DNA of 64,000 bases, taken from contig CM126207.1 in NCBI GenBank assembly GCA_052327205.1, positions 205,468,001 to 205,532,000 of the forward strand. The letters are read 5' to 3'. The notes beneath the pieces are model-generated. The model saw only the letters and a program-made list of their open reading frames with translations. It was not told where the DNA came from and did no database searches. Within the stretch, counting starts at the first letter, position 1. Each line of letters begins with the position of its first letter. This DNA is from Somniosus microcephalus. Its lineage: Eukaryota. Both the position numbers and the translations under genes were made by a program. This document shows positions 62,940 through 64,000 of this stretch, in pieces.

Positions 62940-64000
62940 GCGGTTCGTCGATGCTCAATGCCGGCCCCACCTTGCCTACGTCGGCATGAGACCTCTGACT
63001 TTGACTCTGGTCTCCCTACTATTGTCGCCAACCTAATCATTGCTACTACTGTACCAGGAAATATGTATCCCATTAATTATTATATAACCAGGCCTATGTA
63101 ACCTGAGCTTTTCCCTGTGTCCATTCGCATACGCACTTTGGCTGCCGCTCCGGACCCGAGCCATTGACTTCTATTTCCACTTTTTTCTCCTCCCTTTTCC
63201 TTTTCTCTCTATCCCTCCCTGACCACTCTCTCCTGTCGTCATTCCTCCTTTCATCTCTCCCCTCTCAGATACTCTGCCCTCCCAAATCCCTACCCCAATC
63301 CTTCATTACTCTTCCACCTTCCTACTCCCCTGCTGCCGTCCCAGGCTTGACTCCCTCTTAGATAAGCCTACAGCTTCCCTCTGTGCCTCTCTTGGCCCAC
63401 GGAAAGGCCCACCATGGCACTCATCGCTGCCTCCTCACGAGTAGCAACCCCCTACTGTCCCATCCTACTCTCTCGCTGACCTTCCCGCCCAGCACGCCTG
63501 CTGGGGACTCTCGCCAATCTCCTCCCCGCCCAACTCACCCCTCCCAGCGCTGACCCTGTGGATGCTGGCAGTGGGTCAGCCATCACCAACCCTCACCGGA
63601 TCTCCCTCCAGAATGTCCATTCACCTGCGAACAAGGCCCTTGCCATCCATGAGCTTATTGTGGATGATTGCATTGATATCATGGCCCTGACGAAAACTTG
63701 GCTGAGGGGTGATGACATCTTACCCTTAAATGAAGCCTCCCCGCCTGGCTATACCATCCGCCATTTGCCTCGCCCAGACCGCTGTGGTGGTGGTGTGGCT
63801 CTCATTACCAAATCACACCTTGGTCTGTCCCCCTACTCCTCCAGCACATTCTCCTTTGAGAATTTCGCCTTATTCCAACCCTCTCGCCTCATTTAAAATT
63901 ATCATTCTCTACCGCCCACCCAAGTACCATAAAACTTTTATTACTGAGCTATCTTCACTGCTTTCCTCTGTCAGCCTCTGCACCGAGTGACTTCTCATCC
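62940..64000 (+). mobile_element. L2-like LINE 5' part (APE endonuclease), runs off the window
   Basis: LQNVHSPANK..DIMALTKTWL..PPGY..PRPDRCGGGVALI and ILYRPPK; C-rich sense strand. Confidence 0.78.

Overview
Vertebrate nuclear DNA, most likely from a shark or other chondrichthyan (HE1-type SINE, shark-type CR1, RTE and Penelope families). The window is the 5' part of a + strand PLEKHG4/PLEKHG4B (puratrophin-1, ARHGEF40/KIAA1755 family) RhoGEF gene. Three coding exons are visible: 11994-12191, a ~2.56-kb exon at 18244-20803, and 62267-62512. The introns are dense with nested transposons: many CR1 LINEs, three RTE copies, an L2, a Penelope with a hammerhead-like motif, two Mag-type Gypsy proviruses in opposite orientation, two solo LTRs, three PIF/Harbinger relics, and several MITEs and minisatellites. 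The most notable observation is an apparently full-length 5S-rRNA-derived SINE with a Rex1/Babar-like tail. It is joined head-to-head to an HE1 SINE fragment and inserted, without a TSD, into a Gypsy gag zinc knuckle. Other points of interest are a twin-priming-like inverted RTE, a 200-bp locally templated insertion, a Gypsy copy with in-frame deletion of its RT core, and a CCAAT/CRE cluster that may be an internal promoter. All family assignments are by eye and from memory; no searches were run.
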